Source: a bacterium
GTDB taxonomy: Bacteria > Patescibacteriota > Saccharimonadia > Saccharimonadales > JAGQNK01
Reading direction: 5' to 3'
DNA length: 51,838 nucleotides
Assembly: GCA_029557815.1 (NCBI GenBank)
Contig: JAKQHX010000024.1
Coordinates: 1 to 51,838 of the forward strand
Shown here: piece after piece, positions 39,307 through 46,776 of the stretch
Numbering within the stretch: position 1 is the first letter of the stretch
How the letters are laid out: each line of letters starts with the position of its first letter
Notes under the pieces: generated by a model
Databases searched by the model: none
Seen by the model: only the letters and a program-made list of their open reading frames with translations
Told to the model about the DNA's origin: nothing
Made by a program: the position numbers and the translations under genes

Positions 39307-39861
39307 ATGCGAAAGTTTACATTCCATCAGGTCAGTCCAGGTACGCTGGTCACAGCTGGAATGAGACGAGTGCAGTTCCCCCGGTCGAAATACAAGCAGT
39401 TCGGATATGGTGCGGCCATCGTGCTCGCTGTATTAGGTGCGCCCTTTGCCGTTCAGGCGATGTCGGGGAATCTAGTATCCAAGGATGCGCCGCCCCAAGG
39501 CGAGACAACTTCCGGACAGCATGTAAGCCAACCTGGCTCAGAAGCAAAATCGAATGCGAGTGAAGGGGCAAAATCCATGGACAGTGACATCAAAGTAGAG
39601 TCAAAAATTGAATCTTCTGGAGCGGAACGTTCCGATGTCGATGTAACAGTAAATGGCCAGAACGTGCCAGTACCGGAAAATGGCACAGTCCACAAACGCC
39701 TCTCCGGCAATAATGGCGAAACGACAGTAGACGTGCGGGTAGACAATGGTTCAAGCTCACAAAGCTCATCGTCATCCACAGTAATTATTGAGCAGCATTC
39801 ATATAGTTCAGGTGACACAACGAACGAAGGAGGTACCGGACGGCATCCAGCGCGCAGGTGA
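39307..39861 (+). CDS. hypothetical secreted Ser-rich protein
   Basis: 184 aa. GGGAGGG lies upstream. Signal/anchor segment YGAAIVLAVLGAPFAVQA and a Ser/Gly/Asn-rich mature part. Confidence 0.55.
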   Translation: MRKFTFHQVSPGTLVTAGMRRVQFPRSKYKQFGYGAAIVLAVLGAPFAVQAMSGNLVSKDAPPQGETTSGQHVSQPGSEAKSNASEGAKSMDSDIKVESKIESSGAERSDVDVTVNGQNVPVPENGTVHKRLSGNNGETTVDVRVDNGSSSQSSSSSTVIIEQHSYSSGDTTNEGGTGRHPARR

Positions 39862-39952
39862 GAGCTTTGTCAATCGACTTTGCGGTCGGCCATTGTTGCT
39901 ACCACGAAGCCGGGTGATAAAGCCCGAAATAATAACTAATAAGGAGGGAAGC

Positions 39953-40534
39953 ATGAAAAAAATAGTAAGAATCGCGGCTTTGTCAGTGATGGCTCTCAGT
40001 CTCACCGGCGGGGTAGCTGCGGCTCATTCGGGCTCTATCGGTACTACCGGACCTGACTCGGTAAACAAGATTGAGCACAAGAATCGCAGCACACGCAATG
40101 TAGACAACAACAACGCATTGTTTGTCGTGAATTACAACCCGCAAGAAGCACGAACAGGCCGCGCACGCGTTAGTCACAATACGACTGGCGGTGATGCAAC
40201 AAGCGGCGACGCTACCAATGACAGTTTGCTGCGGGCACGTGTGACTGTCAATAACAGCGGATCGAACAGTGCGGCGCTGGGGAGCGGCAGCAGCGGCAAC
40301 AACTCAGGCACCATTAGCAAAACCGGACCAGACTCGTACAACACGATCAAGTTTGAAAACAGCAGTTACGTTAGGGTAACGAACAACAATCTTGTCGGTG
40401 TCGTAAACGTCAACGAGCAGAAAGCCAAATCTGGTAGCGCTCGAGTAAGCGGTAATACGACTGGCGGTGATGCAACAAGCGGCGACGCTTCTAACATCAG
40501 CACCAACGAAACAACTATATCAATCACCAACTAG
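39953..40534 (+). CDS. small secreted protein with two TGPDS...NTTGGDATSGDA repeat units
   Basis: 193 aa. AAGGAGG lies 5 nt upstream. Signal peptide MKKIVRIAALSVMALSLTGGVAAA. Two repeat units of about 75 aa share an identical 36-nt core (40178-40213 and 40455-40490). Confidence 0.75.
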   Translation: MKKIVRIAALSVMALSLTGGVAAAHSGSIGTTGPDSVNKIEHKNRSTRNVDNNNALFVVNYNPQEARTGRARVSHNTTGGDATSGDATNDSLLRARVTVNNSGSNSAALGSGSSGNNSGTISKTGPDSYNTIKFENSSYVRVTNNNLVGVVNVNEQKAKSGSARVSGNTTGGDATSGDASNISTNETTISITN

Positions 40535-40569
40535 TCAGGACATAGCTTGGTAATTCTATAGTGACACGA

Positions 40570-40609
40570 GCAGGGAAAGTCCGGGTCACAAGGCCACGGA
40601 CCTCCCTGC
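40570..40609 (+). other. intercistronic stem-loop
   Basis: GCAGGGA-AA-GTCCG-loop-CGGAC-C-TCCCTGC (7 + 5 bp), with no U-tract, between the short and long repeat-protein genes. Confidence 0.5.
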
Positions 40610-40646
40610 CCCATATCCAGATTATCACGAGAGGAGACGGTGGCGT

Positions 40647-42875
40647 ATGTTCGGCAAGACTTCGAGAAACGATACAAGTAATATGTATGAAACGCATGTA
40701 ATTATCCAATTGAGCACTTTGGAGCGCGCGCACCGCAGCCGTTCGACCTACCGATACGTCCCTGCTCCGCGATCAGTGCGTATTGCTTCTATTGTTACTG
40801 GAATACAGCTTGTTGCCGGCCGCAGCTTCGCCGGGTGTATGATTGTCCTGATGGCGCTGTTCTATCCGGCTGGCGCATATGCTCAGGAGGCACCAGCGGC
40901 AAATACCCCGACGCCGGCGTCAACCGCCGAAGTACAGACTCCGCCTTCAGTCTCACCAGCGGCTGCCGAAACACCCTCCCCATCGTCGGTGCCACCTGCG
41001 TCTGCCGCTCCAGTACAGACTCCGCCTTCGGCACCAAAAAAGTCGAAGACCGGTCCCAAAAAACCATCCCCAGCACCGGCTGCCCCAAAAACCGGTCCTC
41101 AGAAGCCAAATGGAGCAGATGCAAACAAATACACCTACAACAAAGCCACCGGCAAGTGGGAAAATGGCCAGTATGCCTGGGATCCGGTGACTGGCCAGTC
41201 AAAGCCGCTAAACGCCCCAGACTACAGCTACAACCCAGAAACCAATGCCTGGGATACGACCGATTGGCGGTACGACCAGGCAACAGGCAAATACGTGCCG
41301 AACACGGTGGCGATTGCGCCGCAGTCTGACGGTAACGAGATAGCGCTTGAGGACGACTCCACTCAGTTCTTTTCCTTATATAACAATGCTGCTATCAGTA
41401 ATACGGTGAACTCACATGCTCAGAGCGGCGACGCATGGGTAACGGGCAACACGCTGGCCGGAAACGCACTTACCGGCGATGCTCTGACCATCGCCAATAT
41501 ATTTAATATGATCAACTCCTCGGCTGGCTTCCAAGGCGGAAGTGAAATTGCGACCTTTAGCTCTGATATCTATGGTAACGTTTACGGCGACCTGTACGTA
41601 GATCCTGCGGCGCTCACTGCCGTTCAGCCAGCCGCTGGTATCGGTGCTGATAATGCTAACGTCGAGGTTAACGCGGAGCTGACCCACAAAGTAGAGAACA
41701 ATATCAGCCTTAATGTCCAGAGCGGTGACGCAAACGTCACACACAACACGACCGCAGGCAACGCCACGAGCGGTTCGGCAAATGCCGTCGCAAACCTAGT
41801 CAATATGCTCAATTCTGCTATTAGTAGCGGTAGTTCGTTCCTCGGTGTGCTCAACATTCACGGTAGCCTCAACGGTGACATTCTACTGCCTCCCGGACTG
41901 CTCAATGCCCTGCTGGCGAGCAATACCACTAACGGGCAAAGCGGTGACACAAGTAACACGTCAATGAACGTCAATCTCTCTGATACACAGTCAATCACAA
42001 ATAATATCAAGGCCAATGCTGCATCTGGAAATGCCAATGTTGCACAGAACACCCAGGCTGGAAATGCAACAACCGGCAATAGTCAGACCAACGTTACCAT
42101 ACTTAACCTAACTGGTCGGAATGTCGTAGCGGCGAATTCGCTGCTAGTGTTCGTTAATGTGCTCGGTCAGTGGGTCGGTGTTATCATGGACGCGCCGGCA
42201 GGCAGTACGTCGGCAGCACTTGGTAGCGGTGTAATTGAAAACAGTGGCAGCAATCTGGAGGCCGATTACGATGTACACACAAAGAGCGAAATCGTAAACA
42301 ACATCGATGTCACTGCCCAGAGCGGCGACGCCAATGTGACCGGCAACACAGTAGCCGGCAGTGCCACGACAGGTGATGCTACGGCGAGCGTCAATATAGC
42401 AAACATCACCAATAGCAACTTTAGTCTGTCGGGCTGGTTTGGAATTTTGTTCATCAATGTCTTTGGTAGCTGGAATGGCAGCTTTGGCGTCGATACGGCA
42501 GCGGGTAATAAACCAAGAGTACAAAAACCAAGTGGAAGCACGACACGGAGCGACACAACACCGAAAGCATTCCGCTTCGTTCCAGCTAGTGGAAACGGTG
42601 ATAGCGGCAGCACTATGACGCTGGCATCTGTAGATATGAGCAATGCGGCAAACGCGAAGGCTGTATCGAAAGCCGTCAAAGCTGCCCAACAGAAGATGGG
42701 TACCACTCCTCACAAGTCTTCAGAGCCGTCCTCACAACTTGCAGCGCCATCTACGGATGGCTCGATCAGCGGTCCTGACTACACACTTCCGATGCTTGGT
42801 TTTGCCTTCGGTGGTGTCTTGCTTGGCGGTGAACAGATAATCAGCCGCCGGCAGCGCCGCAAACTGCCCGCCTAG
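40647..42875 (+). CDS. large secreted/anchored repeat protein (Pro-rich linker, four QSGDA-NT-AG-A-TGDA modules, C-terminal hydrophobic anchor)
   Basis: 742 aa with GAGGAG 10 nt upstream.
- Signal-anchor CMIVLMALFYPAGAYA.
- VQTPPS-type Pro-rich region.
- Y-x-Y-N..TG.W repeats.
- Four modules of about 90 aa, for example AQSGDAWVTGNTLAGNALTGDALTIANIFNMINS and VQSGDANVTHNTTAGNATSGSANAVANLVNMLNS.
- C-terminus LPMLGFAFGGVLLGG..RRQRRKLPA. Confidence 0.85.
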   Translation: MFGKTSRNDTSNMYETHVIIQLSTLERAHRSRSTYRYVPAPRSVRIASIVTGIQLVAGRSFAGCMIVLMALFYPAGAYAQEAPAANTPTPASTAEVQTPPSVSPAAAETPSPSSVPPASAAPVQTPPSAPKKSKTGPKKPSPAPAAPKTGPQKPNGADANKYTYNKATGKWENGQYAWDPVTGQSKPLNAPDYSYNPETNAWDTTDWRYDQATGKYVPNTVAIAPQSDGNEIALEDDSTQFFSLYNNAAISNTVNSHAQSGDAWVTGNTLAGNALTGDALTIANIFNMINSSAGFQGGSEIATFSSDIYGNVYGDLYVDPAALTAVQPAAGIGADNANVEVNAELTHKVENNISLNVQSGDANVTHNTTAGNATSGSANAVANLVNMLNSAISSGSSFLGVLNIHGSLNGDILLPPGLLNALLASNTTNGQSGDTSNTSMNVNLSDTQSITNNIKANAASGNANVAQNTQAGNATTGNSQTNVTILNLTGRNVVAANSLLVFVNVLGQWVGVIMDAPAGSTSAALGSGVIENSGSNLEADYDVHTKSEIVNNIDVTAQSGDANVTGNTVAGSATTGDATASVNIANITNSNFSLSGWFGILFINVFGSWNGSFGVDTAAGNKPRVQKPSGSTTRSDTTPKAFRFVPASGNGDSGSTMTLASVDMSNAANAKAVSKAVKAAQQKMGTTPHKSSEPSSQLAAPSTDGSISGPDYTLPMLGFAFGGVLLGGEQIISRRQRRKLPA

Positions 42876-42900
42876 AGACAGGACTGCGTGGACAAGTAGT

Positions 42901-43242
42901 CTATCCAACCAGTAACAGCCAGAAGTTAAATACGAGCGCAGGAACCGCATACCCTATAAGAGTGATTTGTTCGTGATTTGGTTTATGTCTAGAGACAAAG
43001 CTAGTTGTTGTGCCAAGGATGGTGATAATAAAAACTCCGACAATCAATGCGGGGCCTAGAAATATATTATTGTTCCCAAAAGATGCTAGTCTCTCGGCAA
43101 TCAATGCAACGAAAAATGGACTAAAGATAATGCCGAGTCGTAATAGCACCTTTGACCAATCGCTTCGCATTACAGTAATGGTAGCACACTCCCTCGTATA
43201 GGTATATTGGCTTTCACAATGCCCATAATACAAGTCGGCCAT
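42901..43242 (-). CDS. hypothetical small membrane protein (AT-rich islet)
   Basis: 113 aa with three predicted TM helices. Lies in a low-GC segment next to a tRNA. Confidence 0.4.
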   Translation of the reverse strand: MADLYYGHCESQYTYTRECATITVMRSDWSKVLLRLGIIFSPFFVALIAERLASFGNNNIFLGPALIVGVFIITILGTTTSFVSRHKPNHEQITLIGYAVPALVFNFWLLLVG

Positions 43243-43248
43243 CTAATA

Positions 43249-43503
43249 TCAGGAAAACATTCCAGATGTGTAAGCAATCAGTAATATAAAGATACATATA
43301 AGTATCGCTAAGATCACTCGAAGGGTTAAGCCTATTGGCTTTGACAACGAATTAGTACTTTTATGTTGAGGATTAATCTTTTTGAATACTATGTCAGCGC
43401 CGCCAAAAAGTAAAAGAATAGGTAATATGACAAAGCAAAAAAGCATACATGTCCCGAGCACTACCCAAAGGATATTTAAATCAGAGCCAGGTTCCAAGGT
43501 CAT
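43249..43503 (-). CDS. hypothetical small membrane protein (AT-rich islet)
   Basis: 84 aa with two predicted TM helices, in the low-GC segment. Confidence 0.4.
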   Translation of the reverse strand: MTLEPGSDLNILWVVLGTCMLFCFVILPILLLFGGADIVFKKINPQHKSTNSLSKPIGLTLRVILAILICIFILLIAYTSGMFS

Positions 43504-43530
43504 AGCTAGATAATATAGGCTTTTGTATTT

Positions 43531-43562
43531 ACAAACAAAAAAACACTTCTCTCAAAGTGTTT
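43531..43562 (-). terminator. intrinsic terminator of the tRNA transcription unit
   Basis: Minus-strand AAACACTT-TGAGAG-AAGTGTTT followed by TTTTTGTTTG, directly 3' of the tRNA. Confidence 0.7.
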
Positions 43563-43567
43563 ATAGG

Positions 43568-43643
43568 TGGTGGGGGTGACAGGACTTGAACCTGTGACCA
43601 ATCGGTTATGAGCCGACTGCTCTAACCACTGAGCTACACCCCC
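43568..43643 (-). tRNA. tRNA with CAU anticodon (elongator Met or Ile2/lysidine type; resembles ileX-type)
   Basis: Cloverleaf read by hand: GGGGGTG-TA-GCTC-AGTGGTTA-GAGC-A-GTCGG-CTCATAA-CCGAT-TGGTC-ACAGG-TTCAAGT-CCTGT-CACCCCC-A-CCA. CCA is encoded and 1-72 is a G-C pair. Confidence 0.9.
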
Positions 43644-43760
43644 ACGTCGGTATGTAATGATTAGTTTGCCAAGTTGACCACAAAACAAGTTTGTTGATCA
43701 ACAGCGCCAAACTAATCAAGCTACCTCCTCTATAAATTTGCGAATCCTCTCGCAAATTTG
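43644..43760 (-). promoter_or_regulatory. conserved structured tRNA 5'-leader module, copy 1
   Basis: Hairpin C at 43734-43759 (AAATTTGCGA/TCGCAAATTT, plus-strand loop ATCCTC). Hairpin B at 43673-43702 with core CAAAACAAGTTTG. Enclosing stem A GATTAGTTTG (43659-43668) pairs with CAAACTAATC (43708-43717). Confidence 0.7.
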
Positions 43761-43788
43761 GATAGCTTCACTGGTATTAACAGAGAAG

Positions 43789-43797
43789 AGTATATCA
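43789..43797 (-). promoter_or_regulatory. extended -10 promoter (TGaTATACT) for the leader-tRNA unit
   Basis: Minus-strand TGATATACT about 22 nt upstream of hairpin C. The -35 element is weak. Confidence 0.4.
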
Positions 43798-43833
43798 TTA
43801 ATTTGTGTGGAAGTTGTATACTTACCTTAAGTA

Positions 43834-44280
43834 ATGTTGGAAAAAATAAAAACCTACCAAAAGCATCCTGTCGTCCAAGAACTGAAAGACGTTCGGGTGC
43901 TCGGCTTGATTGTTTTCTGTATTATTGTCCTGCTGGTCAGCTGGAGCGGAGTCCGGGTTATCGAGACTAACTATGAGCTTCAGCAACAGATTGCCCGCAT
44001 GGAGGAAGAAACGAAACTGCTGGAGCTGGAAAACGCCAATAAAAAACTAGAGAATGAATACTATAACACCGACCAGTACCTGGAGCTTCAGGCGCGCAGA
44101 CAGTTCGGTAAGGCTGCTCCTGGCGAAACGGTGCTTATCGTGCCAGAAAGTGTAGCGCTCGCCCATACGAAAGATCTAGGTCAAGAAACCAAAAAACCCC
44201 ACAAATCCCAGCATGCTTCCAAGCCTTTCTACCAGAAAAACTTCGAAGCCTGGATGAGCTTTTTCTTCCGCCGCAGCTAG
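43834..44280 (+). CDS. septum formation initiator family protein (FtsB/DivIC-like)
   Basis: 148 aa. N-terminal TM helix LGLIVFCIIVLLVSW followed by a coiled coil (LQQQIARMEEETKLLELENANKKLENE) and YLELQARRQFGKAAPGE. Confidence 0.75.
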   Translation: MLEKIKTYQKHPVVQELKDVRVLGLIVFCIIVLLVSWSGVRVIETNYELQQQIARMEEETKLLELENANKKLENEYYNTDQYLELQARRQFGKAAPGETVLIVPESVALAHTKDLGQETKKPHKSQHASKPFYQKNFEAWMSFFFRRS

Positions 44281-44292
44281 GTCGGGTCGGGA

Positions 44293-45717
44293 CTAGACTT
44301 TCTTTATCGCGCCCATGAATAGCGGTTCACCTGATTCTACGTCACGTATTATGAGGAAAAATGGTTTGTTGACTTCCATGTAGTATCGGTCAGTCGATGG
44401 GCCAACGGATTCAGTTGCTATACCTATACTGGTTACTGCAGCAGCCTCAGTACCTTCCTCGTTTACCTCGACGAAAGTTTTGTGCTTGACCTCACTGATT
44501 TTAAGACCGCGACCAATGCCGCTAAAGTCAGCGCTGTCAGAAAATGCTGTTTTTGCACCCAAGAGCTGTAATGGTTTCACGAGGCTCGTATCATATTCTA
44601 GTTTGAACCGAGGTAGGAGTAGCGTACCCTCTTTTTGCTTTAGTTTTCCTAAAGTTGCATTCAGCTTTTCATTGTCCAGTTCCTTGAGGTATGCATCTAG
44701 GTTATCTGGCAGTACGACATTCATGGCATATTTGCCCTCTTTGCCGTAGGGTAGCTCGATAGCCTGCAGGCCATCCTCTTCGTAGTACTTCAAATCTTCA
44801 GACTCTAGTGTCATGAGCGGGGTATCCTTCTTGCTACCGTCAGCGGCTGTGAACTCTCGATTCTTGGTATCTGCTTCGTCGAATTGATATTTCCAAGTGC
44901 CTTTAAAATACACGGCATTAATTAGCATCATGACGTAATCGTTGGGGATGGGGTTTGGGGCTATGGCTTGAATTTTGTTGTTGGTCTTTTGTTTAACCCA
45001 GTCATCTATTTTTTCTGCTGATCCGGTTGCCTGCAGGTCTAGGTTTTGTACCTCTGCCATATAGCTGTCTTTTAGCAACGCCACATAGGATGGTTCTACT
45101 GAAAATTTATCATCAATCCATGCGGAGTTAGCGATATTGGTCATGACATCGGAGCTGCTTTGCGTTAATCGCTGCTGTATGGCAAGGTTCTTGGTGTTCA
45201 ATTCCTCGTCGTCAATGTCACCTAATTGCAGGGCGCTTCGAATTTCGTTTTTTGTCTGGTTTTTTGCCCCTGCTTGTACCATAGTCAAAGCGGTAGATAT
45301 ACTGGTTGGAGAAATGAAAACGCTGTCATTGCTGTTACTGAGTTGTTGCAGCAGCTTGATTCCCATTTCGGTACGAGCTTTGGAGAGGTCATTAGTGGAT
45401 ATGTTGGGGGTGGTCTGCGGCTCCAATACTTGGTTGTGGGTAGGCGACTGCGGGGTCGGCGTTTCCGGTCTGGTCAATAAATACGCAGCCGCACCTGTTC
45501 CGCTCAAAATTACGAGCAGTAATAGTATTAGGACAGCGCGCCTTTTGCCTGATTTCTTTGGCTTGAGGGGTTCGTTTGATCTAATATTGGCTTCTTGAGG
45601 TGTGGCAGGGGTAAATTGGGGCATCAAACTCGGTTCGGTAGACGTTGTTGGTAGTGGTTCACTGCCGGAACTTTCGTTTTGATTATTGTTTTGGTCGGTT
45701 GACTTAAGTGGTGGCAT
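44293..45717 (-). CDS. serpin-family protease inhibitor with N-terminal membrane anchor
   Basis: 474 aa. Serpin motifs: FISPTSISTALTMVQAGAKNQT, NAVYFKGTWKYQFD, hinge/RCL EEGTEAAAVTSIGIATESV, VNKPFFLIIRD. These are preceded by a low-complexity N-terminus and TM helix AVLILLLLVILSGTGAAAYLL. GAGGA lies 8 nt upstream. Confidence 0.9.
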   Translation of the reverse strand: MPPLKSTDQNNNQNESSGSEPLPTTSTEPSLMPQFTPATPQEANIRSNEPLKPKKSGKRRAVLILLLLVILSGTGAAAYLLTRPETPTPQSPTHNQVLEPQTTPNISTNDLSKARTEMGIKLLQQLSNSNDSVFISPTSISTALTMVQAGAKNQTKNEIRSALQLGDIDDEELNTKNLAIQQRLTQSSSDVMTNIANSAWIDDKFSVEPSYVALLKDSYMAEVQNLDLQATGSAEKIDDWVKQKTNNKIQAIAPNPIPNDYVMMLINAVYFKGTWKYQFDEADTKNREFTAADGSKKDTPLMTLESEDLKYYEEDGLQAIELPYGKEGKYAMNVVLPDNLDAYLKELDNEKLNATLGKLKQKEGTLLLPRFKLEYDTSLVKPLQLLGAKTAFSDSADFSGIGRGLKISEVKHKTFVEVNEEGTEAAAVTSIGIATESVGPSTDRYYMEVNKPFFLIIRDVESGEPLFMGAIKKV

Positions 45718-45876
45718 TATCAGATCCTCTTATGCTTTTTATTCATATTAACAGCGCGGGCACCAATTTCATATTTCCATTTGACACATGCATAGTCGTC
45801 AGTGAATTATTCGGCAGAAAATATTGCAGTCGGTTGGTACGATACCTCTGCCATAAAGTAAGCAAGGAGGTAATAT

Positions 45877-46017
45877 ATGGCACGTGGAAACTTTGGGAAC
45901 CCTCAGCAACATTCTGAAGCCGGAAAGAAAGGCGCACAGGCGCAGCCAACAGAGGCGAAAGCTAAGGGTGGTAAGGCAAGCCGTGGCGGAGGCCGAAAAA
46001 CGAGCGATAACGCCTAG
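45877..46017 (+). CDS. small KGG-repeat general-stress-like protein (46 aa)
   Basis: Below the ORF-track size cutoff. AAGGAGG lies 7 nt upstream of ATG 45877. Translation: MARGNFGNPQQHSEAGKKGAQAQPTEAKAKGGKASRGGGRKTSDNA, which is YciG/GsiB-like in composition. Confidence 0.6.
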   Translation: MARGNFGNPQQHSEAGKKGAQAQPTEAKAKGGKASRGGGRKTSDNA

Positions 46018-46041
46018 AGTTTAGATGGTATGACTGAAGCT

Positions 46042-46068
46042 GAAATAGGGGCAAATTGCCCCTATTTC
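46042..46068. terminator. palindromic hairpin between convergent genes (putative bidirectional terminator)
   Basis: GAAATAGGGGCA-AAT-TGCCCCTATTTC, a 12-bp stem. The flanking U-tracts are weak. Confidence 0.5.
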
Positions 46069-46100
46069 GTTATCATCCATCAGCGTGCTCACTAGGTAGG

Positions 46101-46706
46101 TCAGTATGATTCGACACCTTTGAAGGCTTCCACAAAATCTTTCGGCAGGACTGATGACATCTCGTAGGATTTCTTGCACTGGTCATTGCCTTCAAGCTCG
46201 CCAGTAAAGTAATACACTTGTAGCGTTCTATTATCCTGTAGTGTAAAACTTGTCGCTTTTTCGGCAGGATTATAGGGATCTTGCTTGTCTTCAACCTTCA
46301 GACGGAGAAAGTTAGTGCATGCTAGAGTAGTTTCTTCCTGAGGATTCATGTATGCATCTGTCGTTATGTCTGCTTCTGTGGCAGGCCCACCTTCCAGGTC
46401 TTCCCTGAGGGTATAGAGTAATGAACGAGCTTTCTCGGTGTAGGGTACCTTTATCCTAAGTTCAGGTATGTATAAAGTATTTGAAGTGATATCGTAGGCC
46501 AGTCGTCGTAGACTATATGCTTCGTAAGGCAGTGCGTAGGCACGTGTGTTAGTAGCTACGATTTCTTCAGTGTTCTTTTTCGTCTCAGCCCGTAACGCGG
46601 TATTCTCTGATTTCAGGTTTTTGATCTGTTGGTTTGTGTCAAAAGCCACGAAACCGATGCTTGCGACGAGTAGTACAAGTACGACAGGAACGATTAATCT
46701 TTTCAT
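46101..46706 (-). CDS. hypothetical membrane-anchored/secreted protein
   Basis: 201 aa. AAGGAG lies 7 nt upstream. N-terminal anchor MKRLIVPVVLVLLVASIGFVAF, then a short coiled coil. Confidence 0.6.
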   Translation of the reverse strand: MKRLIVPVVLVLLVASIGFVAFDTNQQIKNLKSENTALRAETKKNTEEIVATNTRAYALPYEAYSLRRLAYDITSNTLYIPELRIKVPYTEKARSLLYTLREDLEGGPATEADITTDAYMNPQEETTLACTNFLRLKVEDKQDPYNPAEKATSFTLQDNRTLQVYYFTGELEGNDQCKKSYEMSSVLPKDFVEAFKGVESY

Positions 46707-46776
46707 GTATATTCTCCTTATGCTTAATTATTGCACAAGGAGAACAAAAAAGTACATTTTCTTGTGTAGTGGTATG

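Noticed and set aside
40570-40609. AGGGAAAGTCCGGG resembles the universally conserved P4 region (GGAAAGUCCGGGC) of RNase P RNA.
   Set aside because: The match is confined to one 40-nt hairpin in a 112-nt intergenic spacer. None of the other conserved RNase P regions, and no RNA of about 350 nt, can fit here. It is treated as an intercistronic stem-loop.
42790-42875. LPMLG at the C-terminus of the 742-aa repeat protein as a sortase (LPXTG) signal.
   Set aside because: The Thr is missing and the hydrophobic segment is short and Gly-rich. It is reported only as a C-terminal hydrophobic anchor with a basic tail.
43506-43688. 60-aa minus-strand ORF from the ORF track.
   Set aside because: It lies entirely over the tRNA gene and its terminator and leader. 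It is an artefact of open frame.
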